Below, in pieces: positions 44,001-46,475 of a DNA stretch of 64,000 nucleotides. Every line of letters begins with the position of its first letter. The first letter of the stretch is position 1. The notes beneath the pieces are model-generated. The model ran no database searches. It had not been told where the DNA came from and worked only from the letters and a program-made list of their open reading frames with translations. Made by a program: the position numbers and the translations under genes. The DNA is from Candidatus Obscuribacteraceae bacterium (GTDB lineage Bacteria > Cyanobacteriota > Vampirovibrionia > Obscuribacterales > Obscuribacteraceae): the NCBI GenBank assembly GCA_044226015.1, contig JBGAHS010000008.1, positions 448,001 through 512,000 of the forward strand, read 5' to 3'.

Positions 44001-45908
44001 TCCGCCGACCAAGAAATCATGCTTGCTACTCGTTTTGATGGTAATCTGAGAAGCAGAGCCGTCTGAAGGTCCCCCATTGCCAATGATGGAACCGCTGAGC
44101 AAATCCCCCGCGCTAATGTTGATCGATGCTGGGGTACTGGCACCGGCAGACGGAGTGTTGTCGATACTTCCGATAGTGACTACCTGACTGCCACTGACTG
44201 TGATATTTGCGGCGTCGCCTTTGATGCTTCCCACACCGACCGAACCGAAAGCCGCAGCTCCACTGTTTATAGTTGCCGTCGGGTCAACACTGTTGAAACC
44301 GGTGTCAATCTTCATGTTTGCAAATGAAGGCACGGCACTGGCGATATTTACTTTTGCAAGATTATTAGCACCACCGCTAGTGTCAATCGTCCCAAGCGTA
44401 ATTGAAGTGAACGAATTTTTTGTTCCAGCCACAGCGGTGAAGTTCCCACCAGCAGTCGATACCGTAGAGCCAGGGCTCATACTTATCGTCCCTGCACTTG
44501 TCGCTCCAGCATTTGCGGACATATAGACGTGCCCACCAGCGGTGTCGATCACTGTTCCTGTGGCAGCCAGGCTGACATTACCTCCCTCTGGGGAGAGCTT
44601 ATTGATCACATATTGAGTATTGTCGATGGGGTCAGGCAGTACCCCCGCCAGCAGCACCAGGTCTCCGCCGCCAGTGCTGAACGTGGTGCTGGAGTCAGCC
44701 GTGATGTTGCCTCCAGCGAGGTAAATCAGAGGCTGTCCAACAGCTGACTGCGAGCCTGAGAGATTAATGTTGCCGTTGAACGCCGAGAAACCAGGATCAC
44801 TCTTGGCGAGCATTGATCCGAGATTAAGATCGCCAGTATCGACCATGATATGGACATTATTGCCTAATGTATTGATCTGACTACTAACCTTGTTTACGTG
44901 AATATCCACGTTGCCGTAGTCATTGAAAACATTTAGTTGATTCGAGAGAATGTCGCCCCCGAGTATGTTTACAGCAGAACTGCCGGTAAAGAGGGAGTCT
45001 CTGACATTGATGTTGCCAGCCAACGCACTAATGACGCCGGCGGTATTAGCAATTGAAAGACTGTCTTTTGCTGATTGTGTGGCGAAATTGATATTGCCAG
45101 CGATTGAACTCAGCAAGCCACTGTTGACCACCGAAGGAGTGAGAATAGTGAGATTATTCAATGCCTGAATGGCAGGCTGCGAGCCAGTAGTGCCTGTCGG
45201 AAGAGCATTCACGATCGAAGTGCCCGCAATCAAGTTTAGATTACCGGCACTAGTTATTTGTCCCAAGTTAGTTATGGTTTGCGCCGCATTTAGTGTGAAA
45301 CTAAAGTGCGGAACGACGCTGCCCAGCCAACTCATAGAGCCAGGAATATTCGACGTAATCAATCCAAGTTGATTGTTCAGGATGTTCTGTGCATACAGAG
45401 TGCCGTGAGTCACTGCTGTATTGTTTGAGTACAAATACATCGTGCCAGAATTGGTCAGCTGATTTCCAAAGTTGAATGAGTTGGCGTTGGCGAAATTAGT
45501 GAACGCTTTCACCCCTTGAGGAATCATCAAACCGGTCATTGAAGCCGCGTTTGGTATGTTATTGACTACAAAACCGCCACCCGTTGCAACTCCGAGCGCG
45601 TTGATTTGGAGGTACTGCTTCCCAGTGTTCAAGACTTGATTGAGAGCTACACTTTCAGCCGGTGTAAGCAGTGTGCCGTTGCTCACGTTGACTCTAGTGC
45701 CACCGATAGTGATGGTGGGTGCATGTTTCGCATTATCTGGTATCACCGCTGACACCGATTTGGTTGCCGAACTGAGATCCACATTGCCTGTTTCAGCTAA
45801 CGCAGACCCCGATTGCATACCCAACAACAACAAGCAAGTTTTTGCGATGACCCTGTTGTTATCGAGTCCTTTGATTGACACTGTTTTCTTTCTGGACAAT
45901 AGTTGCAT
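20004..45908 (-). CDS. Giant (8634 aa) secreted beta-strand-repeat protein with C-terminal FecR-like domain
   Basis: Uninterrupted 25.9 kb ORF with AGGA upstream of the ATG. Signal peptide with long basic N-region ending ..GSALA-E. Very many GxGGx(I/V)x(I/L) turns. N- and C-terminal modules are homologous to those of the 2498 aa protein. Confidence 0.93.
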   Translation of the reverse strand: MQLLSRKKTVSIKGLDNNRVIAKTCLLLLGMQSGSALAETGNVDLSSATKSVSAVIPDNAKHAPTITIGGTRVNVSNGTLLTPAESVALNQVLNTGKQYLQINALGVATGGGFVVNNIPNAASMTGLMIPQGVKAFTNFANANSFNFGNQLTNSGTMYLYSNNTAVTHGTLYAQNILNNQLGLITSNIPGSMSWLGSVVPHFSFTLNAAQTITNLGQITSAGNLNLIAGTSIVNALPTGTTGSQPAIQALNNLTILTPSVVNSGLLSSIAGNINFATQSAKDSLSIANTAGVISALAGNINVRDSLFTGSSAVNILGGDILSNQLNVFNDYGNVDIHVNKVSSQINTLGNNVHIMVDTGDLNLGSMLAKSDPGFSAFNGNINLSGSQSAVGQPLIYLAGGNITADSSTTFSTGGGDLVLLAGVLPDPIDNTQYVINKLSPEGGNVSLAATGTVIDTAGGHVYMSANAGATSAGTISMSPGSTVSTAGGNFTAVAGTKNSFTSITLGTIDTSGGANNLAKVNIASAVPSFANMKIDTGFNSVDPTATINSGAAAFGSVGVGSIKGDAANITVSGSQVVTIGSIDNTPSAGASTPASINISAGDLLSGSIIGNGGPSDGSASQITIKTSSKHDFLVGGATVNGFTGSGTVVQAIGGGAKGNAGGVHIINSGADVIVQSLSISDGTGGSIDVRGNGGEGGLVELQAPEGRVEVPTTLTNKYFFTSGAVTGGTVTLGGSALRIVGAYPLNIEASATGASGRGGVINLVTTGTKSNLIVADQVGGLIINATGGPSGTIADGGNVTLTAGNDLTVDPAAIVANPQATASGAGAKLNFVATKGNLNVVGALNVDASISGSGGAVNLTGQNITVAGGISAVGAGTFSGGGVSLTNNNESGKSIINGSVDVSDSNGTGSGGSFQTNLAGSLYVGGSINASAGTDPLNTAAGGTVDIIVGDTGVFRVGAGAVGTGVAGSISVRGAAGAAATGAGSISITNNNKNAGGIFVASTSVFDLDPGSGAGGRFTMKSPAGPVVLNGNIDASAAATGDGDGGIVTIEGSTVYVSGSIVADAAGKGKGQKVSISSHSDTVPFVAGLTATTNGVRGLVSSNGGVDGNGGTVEFIAGKGGLTISQLSQVSVSAGANKGDGGVVTFKTDGLLSFSQGGQLDVSGSGSDGKGGSVNLSADYIQVLGVLPLSLVANGSTTATSNVADAGKISIEQKSQTQDLNIGSQAGSLQITANTGIAGGTGASVVIKSGKDLNVDSNYLHTSTFVDGDGASITLAAGTEDAAGTLFVQGGLDANGKGAGAGGTISIDTNSPVSFRVDTNANSSGITGVMSVQAGSTGGKASGSVSIKNKQGGIYIATPGLFDFSGSSSGKGSTGGSLSLKADSGDIHIEGGTISVAGHGGAGSTDDSSGGTIQIKGFTVTLGGVIPVTLDASGSSVGDKANGGSIDIYSEANAIALGTQAVQFRLLAGGGHSGSAEGDGGSVTVRAEGNLTVDAAGLDVTPKGANGGGGDISLSLGNGQGQLLVIGSLDASAVGDGDGGDILLQENSSNTIFDVGLSSTSNGVTGSLLANGGASGGGGTITVNNLSPGGGGITLWSTAALALKGGTNAPTNALGNGGQLTFDAGANGIVTLITDKTNNTIDASSNTSKASLGGSFSFTGKSVVTQGPRPLTLLALSAGSGGSFKVKSTDATNDIYVGTGTVANNAQFVVDIHNFNIGTDGGQVSIDVGGAVTLDMSSLLISNASGNKVGGTLDAVSHNAGSTTVNGDIILTGGVAGGSVSLSSPHNVYVQGSINTKGIAAAISISSSSSSPFNQDSSATVNGITGSLDVSGSAGNLTISNSGTGGIIIGDPSQIFLNGKEGSNLTLDSAAGPIQLTPHFDPLFEIVSGLSAPGSPSGVISIKGNTISVVPIPVTFLGIPYTFRTFPISQAGTSIVSTSPGSTLYLGTPFANGVQVSNLYIDGNIGVSSGQNIVATFGTFNIDTNGSFAGFSGLSVNHILTTPAGTGGVVDLRAGTGGAGNIQIFGDILANGPFVSLASTDKFSGAGGTVNLHMNSQLPFFVGDNSGGNGISGSIIANGSDIGGFGNNPSGGKISIVNDGIGGINFVAGALLQADGGATFALNTSTNGNLPRMFGGGGSIEIRATAGDISASGGTVSASGAAGGIGYQNSVGVGDTSGGSISFISLNTLSSGSTVLDLIAAGTSGGNGGSISLVSTALGSSAQPIAVGPGGLTMTATGGSTNSVFGDGGKIIVNVGSALSITAGGIANGPLGLNGSGGTYQLTVESVGTSLNPVNLDVSGVGFGDGGSVTISDSGKGVSIVGNISANAGNQLGSGGSVFLNVVGGVPFVVSTNVVSANGLTGLLQAKGQGAPGLPRDGGSIALANPGGITIDSSAGLDVSSSGGGNGGTIELSASSGAVFIDNSAGPGSYLISAAASGSGDQYDGGSIKINAKNFAISAAPNNPVIFNASGSGTGKGGSIEINATDAGIIMNIGDGTTAANDFELIADGGSAGGDGGSIVVSNGDQINVANSVSVKTSVEGRGGTISLTAGTATPASLFIVQSLDASGKGKGDGGLVNLSSTADLLVAGITANSESGNGGTVNVSLNSNSATQFVIGGGGLSGILTGVSVNGGTNPVGDGGSGGVITISNAGTQPFSIIPNTVQAKASSASAGGAGGTVSITNGGAVDFSAAGTIDVSATGTNVSYDGGSISISGTTLDNSGSAVVLKANAVGFGNGGSVSLTSSLSPIFLDTSSGFSVSATGGSAGSVAGDGGTFIASSGSDINGSSCVNCITLSPQGINGSGGILSLTAGTNGVGNILLDAPPSADGVGAGNGGTITLLAGKTAGDIQLFSGGLSANGGDSGSGGTITLVAASNVILPSFTNVVANGGSISGNGGAISITVGSGFNAVQTNISASAFFAGSGNGGIITIDASQGTLFLGNTNINADAFGVGTFGGGIINLTANDFSVLSFSPITAQGSGGGGGNISVLSLSSSSDVLIGAAGFSLDASEQLSGSGGSITVTSGRNVNVTDSSFLNVAASLNGNGGNIALTSNGTGSIDVAGALDVTGIGTGDGGAVSLVSANGLFVGGNIDASAGSVGNGGQILLSFNSNAPTVFTVGASASTSGVKGIIKSTGGSTSGDGGVVNIINAGTADMSFDAGSVVAVTPAQGAGGNVSISNANGAISFASGMTLDVSAAGVGQVNGGNISINAQTISNNILGLFANGAGDGNGGTVIFTATQGAINISDAGTTINALGAGDGNGGTISVAAGTDLNIGVTTCTGCLNVSPNSGGNGNGGNLVLLSGTFANGDLSVGASASVDASGAGNGAGGTIQMTAGTSQNSGNIKAQTQILAEGGSSGTIGGAGGSINISVNSTDALKIGANSGTNFIQGPISAKGGTPSIGDGGIGGIINVSNIGVSTDPLDGGISMNGGSIDASGGASGGGKGGSGGSITLTTVGGAFNVAGGSIDASGTDNTADGGSIIIRALSFNQIGSAGAGTLIVNASGSAGGGDGGTVRMSSTYSGFPPGSTTPNDYTLFLGKGDGKVSVQATGGGSFGDGGVVNISVGDKLDIDNSDLLVPGLLAHPTSLSGAGAQLTLVGGSQNCNAGINVLGDLDASGVGSGIAGFINMTGGNNVFVNGNLTADAGTGAGGVITIVSTSLSSFLFGQNGSSINGVTGVVSANGGGGIGDGGTITVNNTGSGGFGFFSNAPGMGVISAVAAGGPTGGNGGVVRITSSTGAMTFNGGSIDVSGGGPNSFKGGSIELSGASTQLTGLGTSSTTLTANGADLGDGGDISITATGGSGSLTVASQTDAVSVSANGGSNGGSGGHFKVVVPGSITISAAQLQLLSSANGNGNGGQLDLTAGNAGGVGNVFIQGTLDLSGAINGTGTGGSINILENSSQNFVFGAGATVNGVTGVSGPGNVALAVNGGGVAGNAGTITIKNQGVGGFTFNDAAISASAAQGDGGDVTLAGNGILSFGSADPVFGSISANAGGTGVVEGGQITITGKGTNYLTPAGHTSFSANGAGEGSGGSVTINAGSVSGSNLNIGSNPGQTSISAVAGNDPLAAAANGGTVSLTTGGNIIVDMSALLFNPTTNGTSNGNGGNLSLIAGSSGTGRLQVTGNINADGVGSGYGGSIILKSNVSSAFTITTTASPTNGVKGNISANGGSTVIGQALPEGAQVISITNSGLAGDIVLDGTALLMSTATQGHGGSISLVSDSGAIRLNGAINANAAGAQDWDGGSITLQSSTLSISGPAAASLMAAGTNAGFGGNVTVKTALSGVTLGVLPGQLSINNLGQAGNIVVSAGSNLIVNNLQTGPNAAGGDGANITLISGTDTGSANPSLLQINANLDASASGNTGNSGDGGKINLIANGTAIILGNLLANGSSAVSPGSTFGNGGSISISINPTSSTANPTFLLGGSVSADGGANGGNGGSISIAGSSSAVTLNTPSISASASSNASSVLPNGVFNGGLIDINIGTVAFPATSPFTAFASGAGVGAGGTIKFTSNGSLNIGSASGQFHPVAISGPNGGNGGALVVTVAKAITVNASGFDLAPQGPVGVGAKVVLQTGSGALTVNGVLDVSGPTGGGDITFTSSGSTIVVNGGLTANATVAGNGGNIQISGSPVGPINITGNINANAAGTGAGGSVVINASNSGTFTVGNSATGNGVNGTISVTGAGGQGALGRGGKVVLNDTAQGGVLRILGSAVTNTLNVSGSSDGDGGELQLLVPNGTLSIPAGVIDVSGQGHGSGGSVTINTSPSITVGTGSGQYSVIANAGPLGGGGGQVVLQSTTGAVISSNAGSIQTFSNKVGSNGPGGAVQLLAATNVSVTGDLNVQSSGNSNGGFINIFAGKGNIIITGDVLADSSGQAPGDTNAKVLLNAVSGYIFIGGKLSANGSTGLGGDINITQSSANTFVVGSTATQAGGGVVGGITATGGLQASGNLTIVNSAGGISINPNLVDIRGIPGGIGAGGILTIESKGVLTISTGTLSANGDGAGGDISIKAPSLAITGGPVLFQSNGDKGGKITISLSAGGMTIDNTGNSVMFEAQGASNGGAVVIGAAGTVTVNNSGSSIDLSAIGAQGSFSVVNTGNIVVDTNGIHIDSAQTGRGGSIFLSASGLFVNGSLSANGGSNSGDGGTISLTVSNASPFVVGGTVSLQNLQQGVAGSLSALGSSGSASTGGSVLVTVNGASTLTVADPTNAILVGHAPGSKGGDGGTITLAAPLGTVRVGQGTLSADAATDGISSYKGGTVTITGNNIAAIGPASSSIISANGALGGDGGTITIKSVTSGITLGTAANQFQLSATAGPNAGAGGSVVVSAGNALTVSSASAINVASGAKGTGGSIDLTAGTGFVAPLKLAFGLDVSGKGVGDGGSISLVSKTSYVQVLGSLTANAGAEGKGGSINITSSGTGTFQFGGTVTGNNAGITGSIIADGGSTRGNGGTVTVSNSAGGYLFTNTALISSSAAALGDGGSVTLNNLGGTFAIAGGTINANGAGPTAQAGGSITINATSFVTASGATAPLSLNANGTNKGKGGSVTLTTTSSGSAMNIGTSAGQIKIFTQDGGTVNATSAGSLNVNVAGIQSVCLGCFAPNISLKTLAGNLTLIGAGSPNDPNSVLHASSPNGGILNLEVNGGTLSETNGAFVDGNTVNIKGTGNVGTATNPFALNASPLTVNTTGNVFMSSPGSVVLGNINAANFQFDAGSPGNPAKAPVTTGNITTSGNISVSNLTLNALNGGSITIQSPVKASNSIVLKATTAGPVAGTISNLGGTLNTNSLSLSTDTTDIGSSLTPFSFTANSIQTNSGGTGSTFLTSLGTTPLTINKSTAGTNYNLVSNGNVTIAQTMNAGNNLTIAGNSNTNVSITNNSTVSSSNVTVNATGTGSINASATGLLAASAMLTLTTQNGAIGSSVTPVGFSSPALGSALVSNTSGTSTAGVFLNNNGAGTTTVSGVTAPGPVQISSTQNNSTLQVLSDVVGSSVTLKGSSTKINTSIQLTGTSNVVATSASGSVTLTATGTGTITDTAGTGNGIQITGSKLLLSGANIGAAGNSLNYQSTSGSANLTLTSTNDAFVHNMGNSDVVLSKVTIGNNGTLAVTAVATSTGNLTLGTAINNGKTITLGAGGTVFLNNKITTTAGITGTVNIDGGSALQGNPALPTAIQQKANTPITANVVNLSSIAGTGLGNIGSSSVPILINVPKNVSSTSVSANTLGDVFVKVVGNTVLNASTGNNITFSSSGSITTGGNTTASNNLVLNTNALNYGNTLTATNGFINVNSESGKSLTVTGTGAGGTMTATGSGTGNGVNLNLTGSAANQVLTLAGTQTFNGFTNVNATQSGQSVVLATGSVITVNPGPLYINTSVLTDNSTSVTPGIVWTAPPGSNTTPTMVSSQDLVLNNAITFNGNSLVLLAKGNILQGKAIGSIKLNSSTRGGGDLFILAGWDYTSNPNGQITNLVPSASGGSILLPNTAIDTSSTASKVPTGGKQANGGNVTLMANAGLLNNGLIHVGSITTSSKFDAGKVTVAGPGGIIIDKGITAAGSTNTIQPSNGGTVNLVGSAPVVIGSPVIYNNSVTGGSFGTNAGSVSALNGAAIYVGGAINTSSANGSGGTVVLASDSHVTVQGAITTSGVINAASVFINQGVPSAQLTGIVSIAGSINAGGSSAKGFSANPARAGGAVLINAASFVSIKGSVVSSGGNGSVTNESGGAAGSISIVTQQTGGLYQGAINITGAVDSRGGNAAKTGTGNGGTAGAITLSAGSIAVAGTSNGTGSVSVDARGGLKGSTGATNGTDGNVALTSSSIQSLPTNLDLTVGTSDLSKAGNGVYALPGALFTVGNSAVVNGIKGNIAGNTGTSNPIVTAADINGGTGRVYFNSDFTKGSVSITVSGTPTIAPDNGSGVRTQITPSQALAQYQATRGQVVTVNLNGNNQAVAGSSIAVNGYDLPSSFSKFNLVVSGGGNFVLNVAGDHPTAYLGANSAIGGTLNFTTLGSTAMVDFGSSGMKVLPGGQVSATNSSTLMLTATGTNWSNQGTIVAGKILMAANNGNGINFNQTNGGTIMGPANGAIIIDQGMGTNLTFNFNSTASNFNLPVLFQAMPMAAAAKPLAAAFAPSTTQKVALNFALSDPSNKAQTAIVGGDTSNVTPSFVPSSIAITAKTVKGAPATPLAIGSSTATVIANPSNLVAGTTLSLSSDAVVTIADSPTVLRSSVSTNKANSNLTITGKTGVNFGEGIGVGPSVSSAGKMTTTYSGSLQLNNALVTTTQSMAFNSSDKTAGVNIVNGSTLKAGALNSAVLGFNVTKSQVVSSGSISFNNAGTAPFLVNSSSLTANSGSITIKSGGDSSFISSALTINGGALSVTAPGVLNVVAGSSVTSSTLNNASGGQVYQVGSATVSASSINAGSLATLTTNSKTPGSITVANASISSGLSSKAASANVTLNSSLDISVNNGIVSAFNNGGVGMTAKGIIGVNNANVTSSNKAISMTAAGTGTAISFTAGSLVSAGTNLTLKATEKNSKIDITPGVLGVSAGALKVAPPALPSPLSSSGIQTAGNLQITAGSGGISVGNIILSSVGQTTMNTTGTIFLTTSTINAYGGSVSLNSTGGSFVANGNTAIFAQSLNTAGNLGAVTITGKQGVTLSGSVNAGAGVIIGASAGSVDLVNVPINTYHGGFTVTGQGNILLNNAPMTAIGGSSSITSSGGTVTVVAGSNLSVSSLSTNTSTTGNSLTVTGVGNVTFDNNLTVASSGSTNITANGTTSSVNIGDNTTFTAGALNAGAPPAPSAVFSSDIAKTGAISITAGTGGVTVGNTSSFTSNGANISINGSGTKSLGSSDGFFANGGNITIAGTVTDKGNVTYQARGLTNASATTSLGAITIGTTGLSIGSTADTIVGFGAINLGGSTGTFTFSNGTVRSLGNQPINLKGSTVSINGVSSFSTAAAITVTAGAGGLLVNSVNNTFGTSATALTLSSAGGITIASNQSLNSSTNVNISDTSATGTGINIGNNVVINAGQLNGNPAQSLTSTNIGSAGAINITTAGSQLLINDGVAFTSVGGNIALKSSNTSATLSINNGGTFNALGASMTVNSAKNIVLGSGNSLTATTLNNLNGAVTFSATGGGITIGADNTFTTSNANIGLTATGDITLNASTTAGTGFYGSKGVSVTSTSGNVNVDGTAITAGLFSSASIPCCTPLTNTQVLTKGSINMSAAGVITVGNTTKFNSIGGNINLTSKGTNPLTIGSGNTWTASGGNIVVLANGDISTATNSGNNFQASAIGTSQSSSGGGIEFGAGTLVSKLSAKKTLPYPPASDFGSKVTINNPATGTVQGSLALNYTNGAATGSVNLSTSNSNTTTMNLSGGGIVFDTNATNTVHMDGVTFTVAGYKAIGYTVSVVPSTTFEVDEQESGSTHKLADLFVSGEESSHALTAKMDDTARGKHDANVKLAFGSGEMIIHPNFDTTISSPFAQINVKKGALTAVSQDNVSLRVANCGESGAVSVKIHNKTVVLSSGEEITISRHALTEAEQFKADGIGRRGFRHYSYPNGLFFSTCEVSLPSVLSNTDHLKSLRHPNNNVEKTLRDRLLKTAAALHTITQGHGGYKSTPKKVVPTSTPENGTRYAHDDNFTPVSYKQ
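29597..44020 (-). repeat. Degenerate protein-level macro-repeat (~255 aa period) within the 8634 aa gene
   Basis: Marker FxVG...NG(V/I)xG recurs near 44000, 43030, 42640, 41950, 41235, 40455, 39715, 38850, 38070, 36545, 35755, 34900, 34175, 33440, 32640, 31900, 31125, 30420 and 29620 (approximate positions). Confidence 0.75.
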
Positions 45909-45948
45909 CTGTCCTAACCCTCACAAATGGCGGCACACAATAGAATTG

Positions 45949-46009
45949 TTCCCTTATTCGGCCGATTTGCAGGTAAGGGAAACACACTATAATGTAGGGA
46001 AGTATAGTG
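45949..46009 (-). promoter_or_regulatory. Two inverted repeats in the leader of the 8634 aa gene
   Basis: TTCCCTTA(45949-45956)/TAAGGGAA(45974-45981) and CACTATA(45985-45991)-N11-TATAGTG(46003-46009). The second overlaps minus-strand TATACT/TATAGT -10-like hexamers. Confidence 0.35.
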
Positions 46010-46266
46010 CCTCCGGCGCTTGGCCGTCCTTCTCTTTTGTTGTCAAGCCAACAGTTATAGAGATAATTAATCGTTCTAGCAGGTCAAGACGTAGTCTTTG
46101 CAACGAATTATTTCTAAGTAATCAAGAATCATGATAGGAGACTAAGCGTTTCATGAATTCTCATAGTAACTTTTTGAGGACTTCAATCCTACCCCAAAAA
46201 TTACAGTTTTCGGCACCACCGGCGATACCACTTTCCGAGTCTTCTCGTCCAAGCTTTTCATATCTC

Positions 46267-46277
46267 AAAAAAAAAAA
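46267..46277. repeat. A11 homopolymer tract
   Basis: Eleven consecutive A ~360 nt upstream of the 8634 aa start; the longest homopolymer I noticed in the window. Confidence 0.8.
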
Positions 46278-46311
46278 TCCGGAATTCCAATTTGCTTCTT
46301 CACGAGACTCT

Positions 46312-46381
46312 GGGAATCCGAATCTTCATCATAAGGGAACCGCTTCTTCAGCACATGCAGTGGGATCCGCTTCTTCAGCAT
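46312..46381. repeat. Degenerate direct repeats, ~20 nt core
   Basis: GGGAATCCGAATCTTCATCAT (46312), GGGAACCGCTTCTTCAGCAC (46335) and GGGATCCGCTTCTTCAGCAT (46362), with weaker copies on either side. Confidence 0.65.
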
Positions 46382-46413
46382 AAAGTTCCTCAGCAGACTC
46401 AGGACTAACTCCG

Positions 46414-46450
46414 AAAAACCGAAAGGAGCCGCCATTCAGCGACTCCTTTC
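46414..46450 (-). terminator. Rho-independent terminator of the >5832 aa gene
   Basis: Minus strand GAAAGGAGUCGC-UGAAUG-GCGGCUCCUUUC then GGUUUUU, 25 nt after the stop codon. Confidence 0.75.
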
Positions 46451-46475
46451 TCGACCGTGCAGGTCAGGGCGTGAT

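Noticed and set aside
20004..45908. RTX/type I, autotransporter or CdiA/Rhs toxin assignment for the giants
   Set aside because: No GGxGxDxLx nonapeptide arrays, no terminal beta-barrel with a final aromatic residue, no VENN, Hint or DPxGL junction, no downstream immunity gene, and the C-termini are conserved rather than polymorphic.
46003..46046. Minus-strand TTGACA plus TATACT as a sigma70 promoter
   Set aside because: The spacing is 34 nt, far from the 16-18 nt required.
45640..46383. Plus-strand ORFs 45640-46134 and 46153-46383
   Set aside because: One is antisense to the giant gene start; the other runs through the A11 tract and repeats with no protein-like features.
46281..46400. Direct repeats as a mini-CRISPR array
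   Set aside because: Repeats are ~20 nt and degenerate, gaps are under 10 nt, and there are no cas genes.
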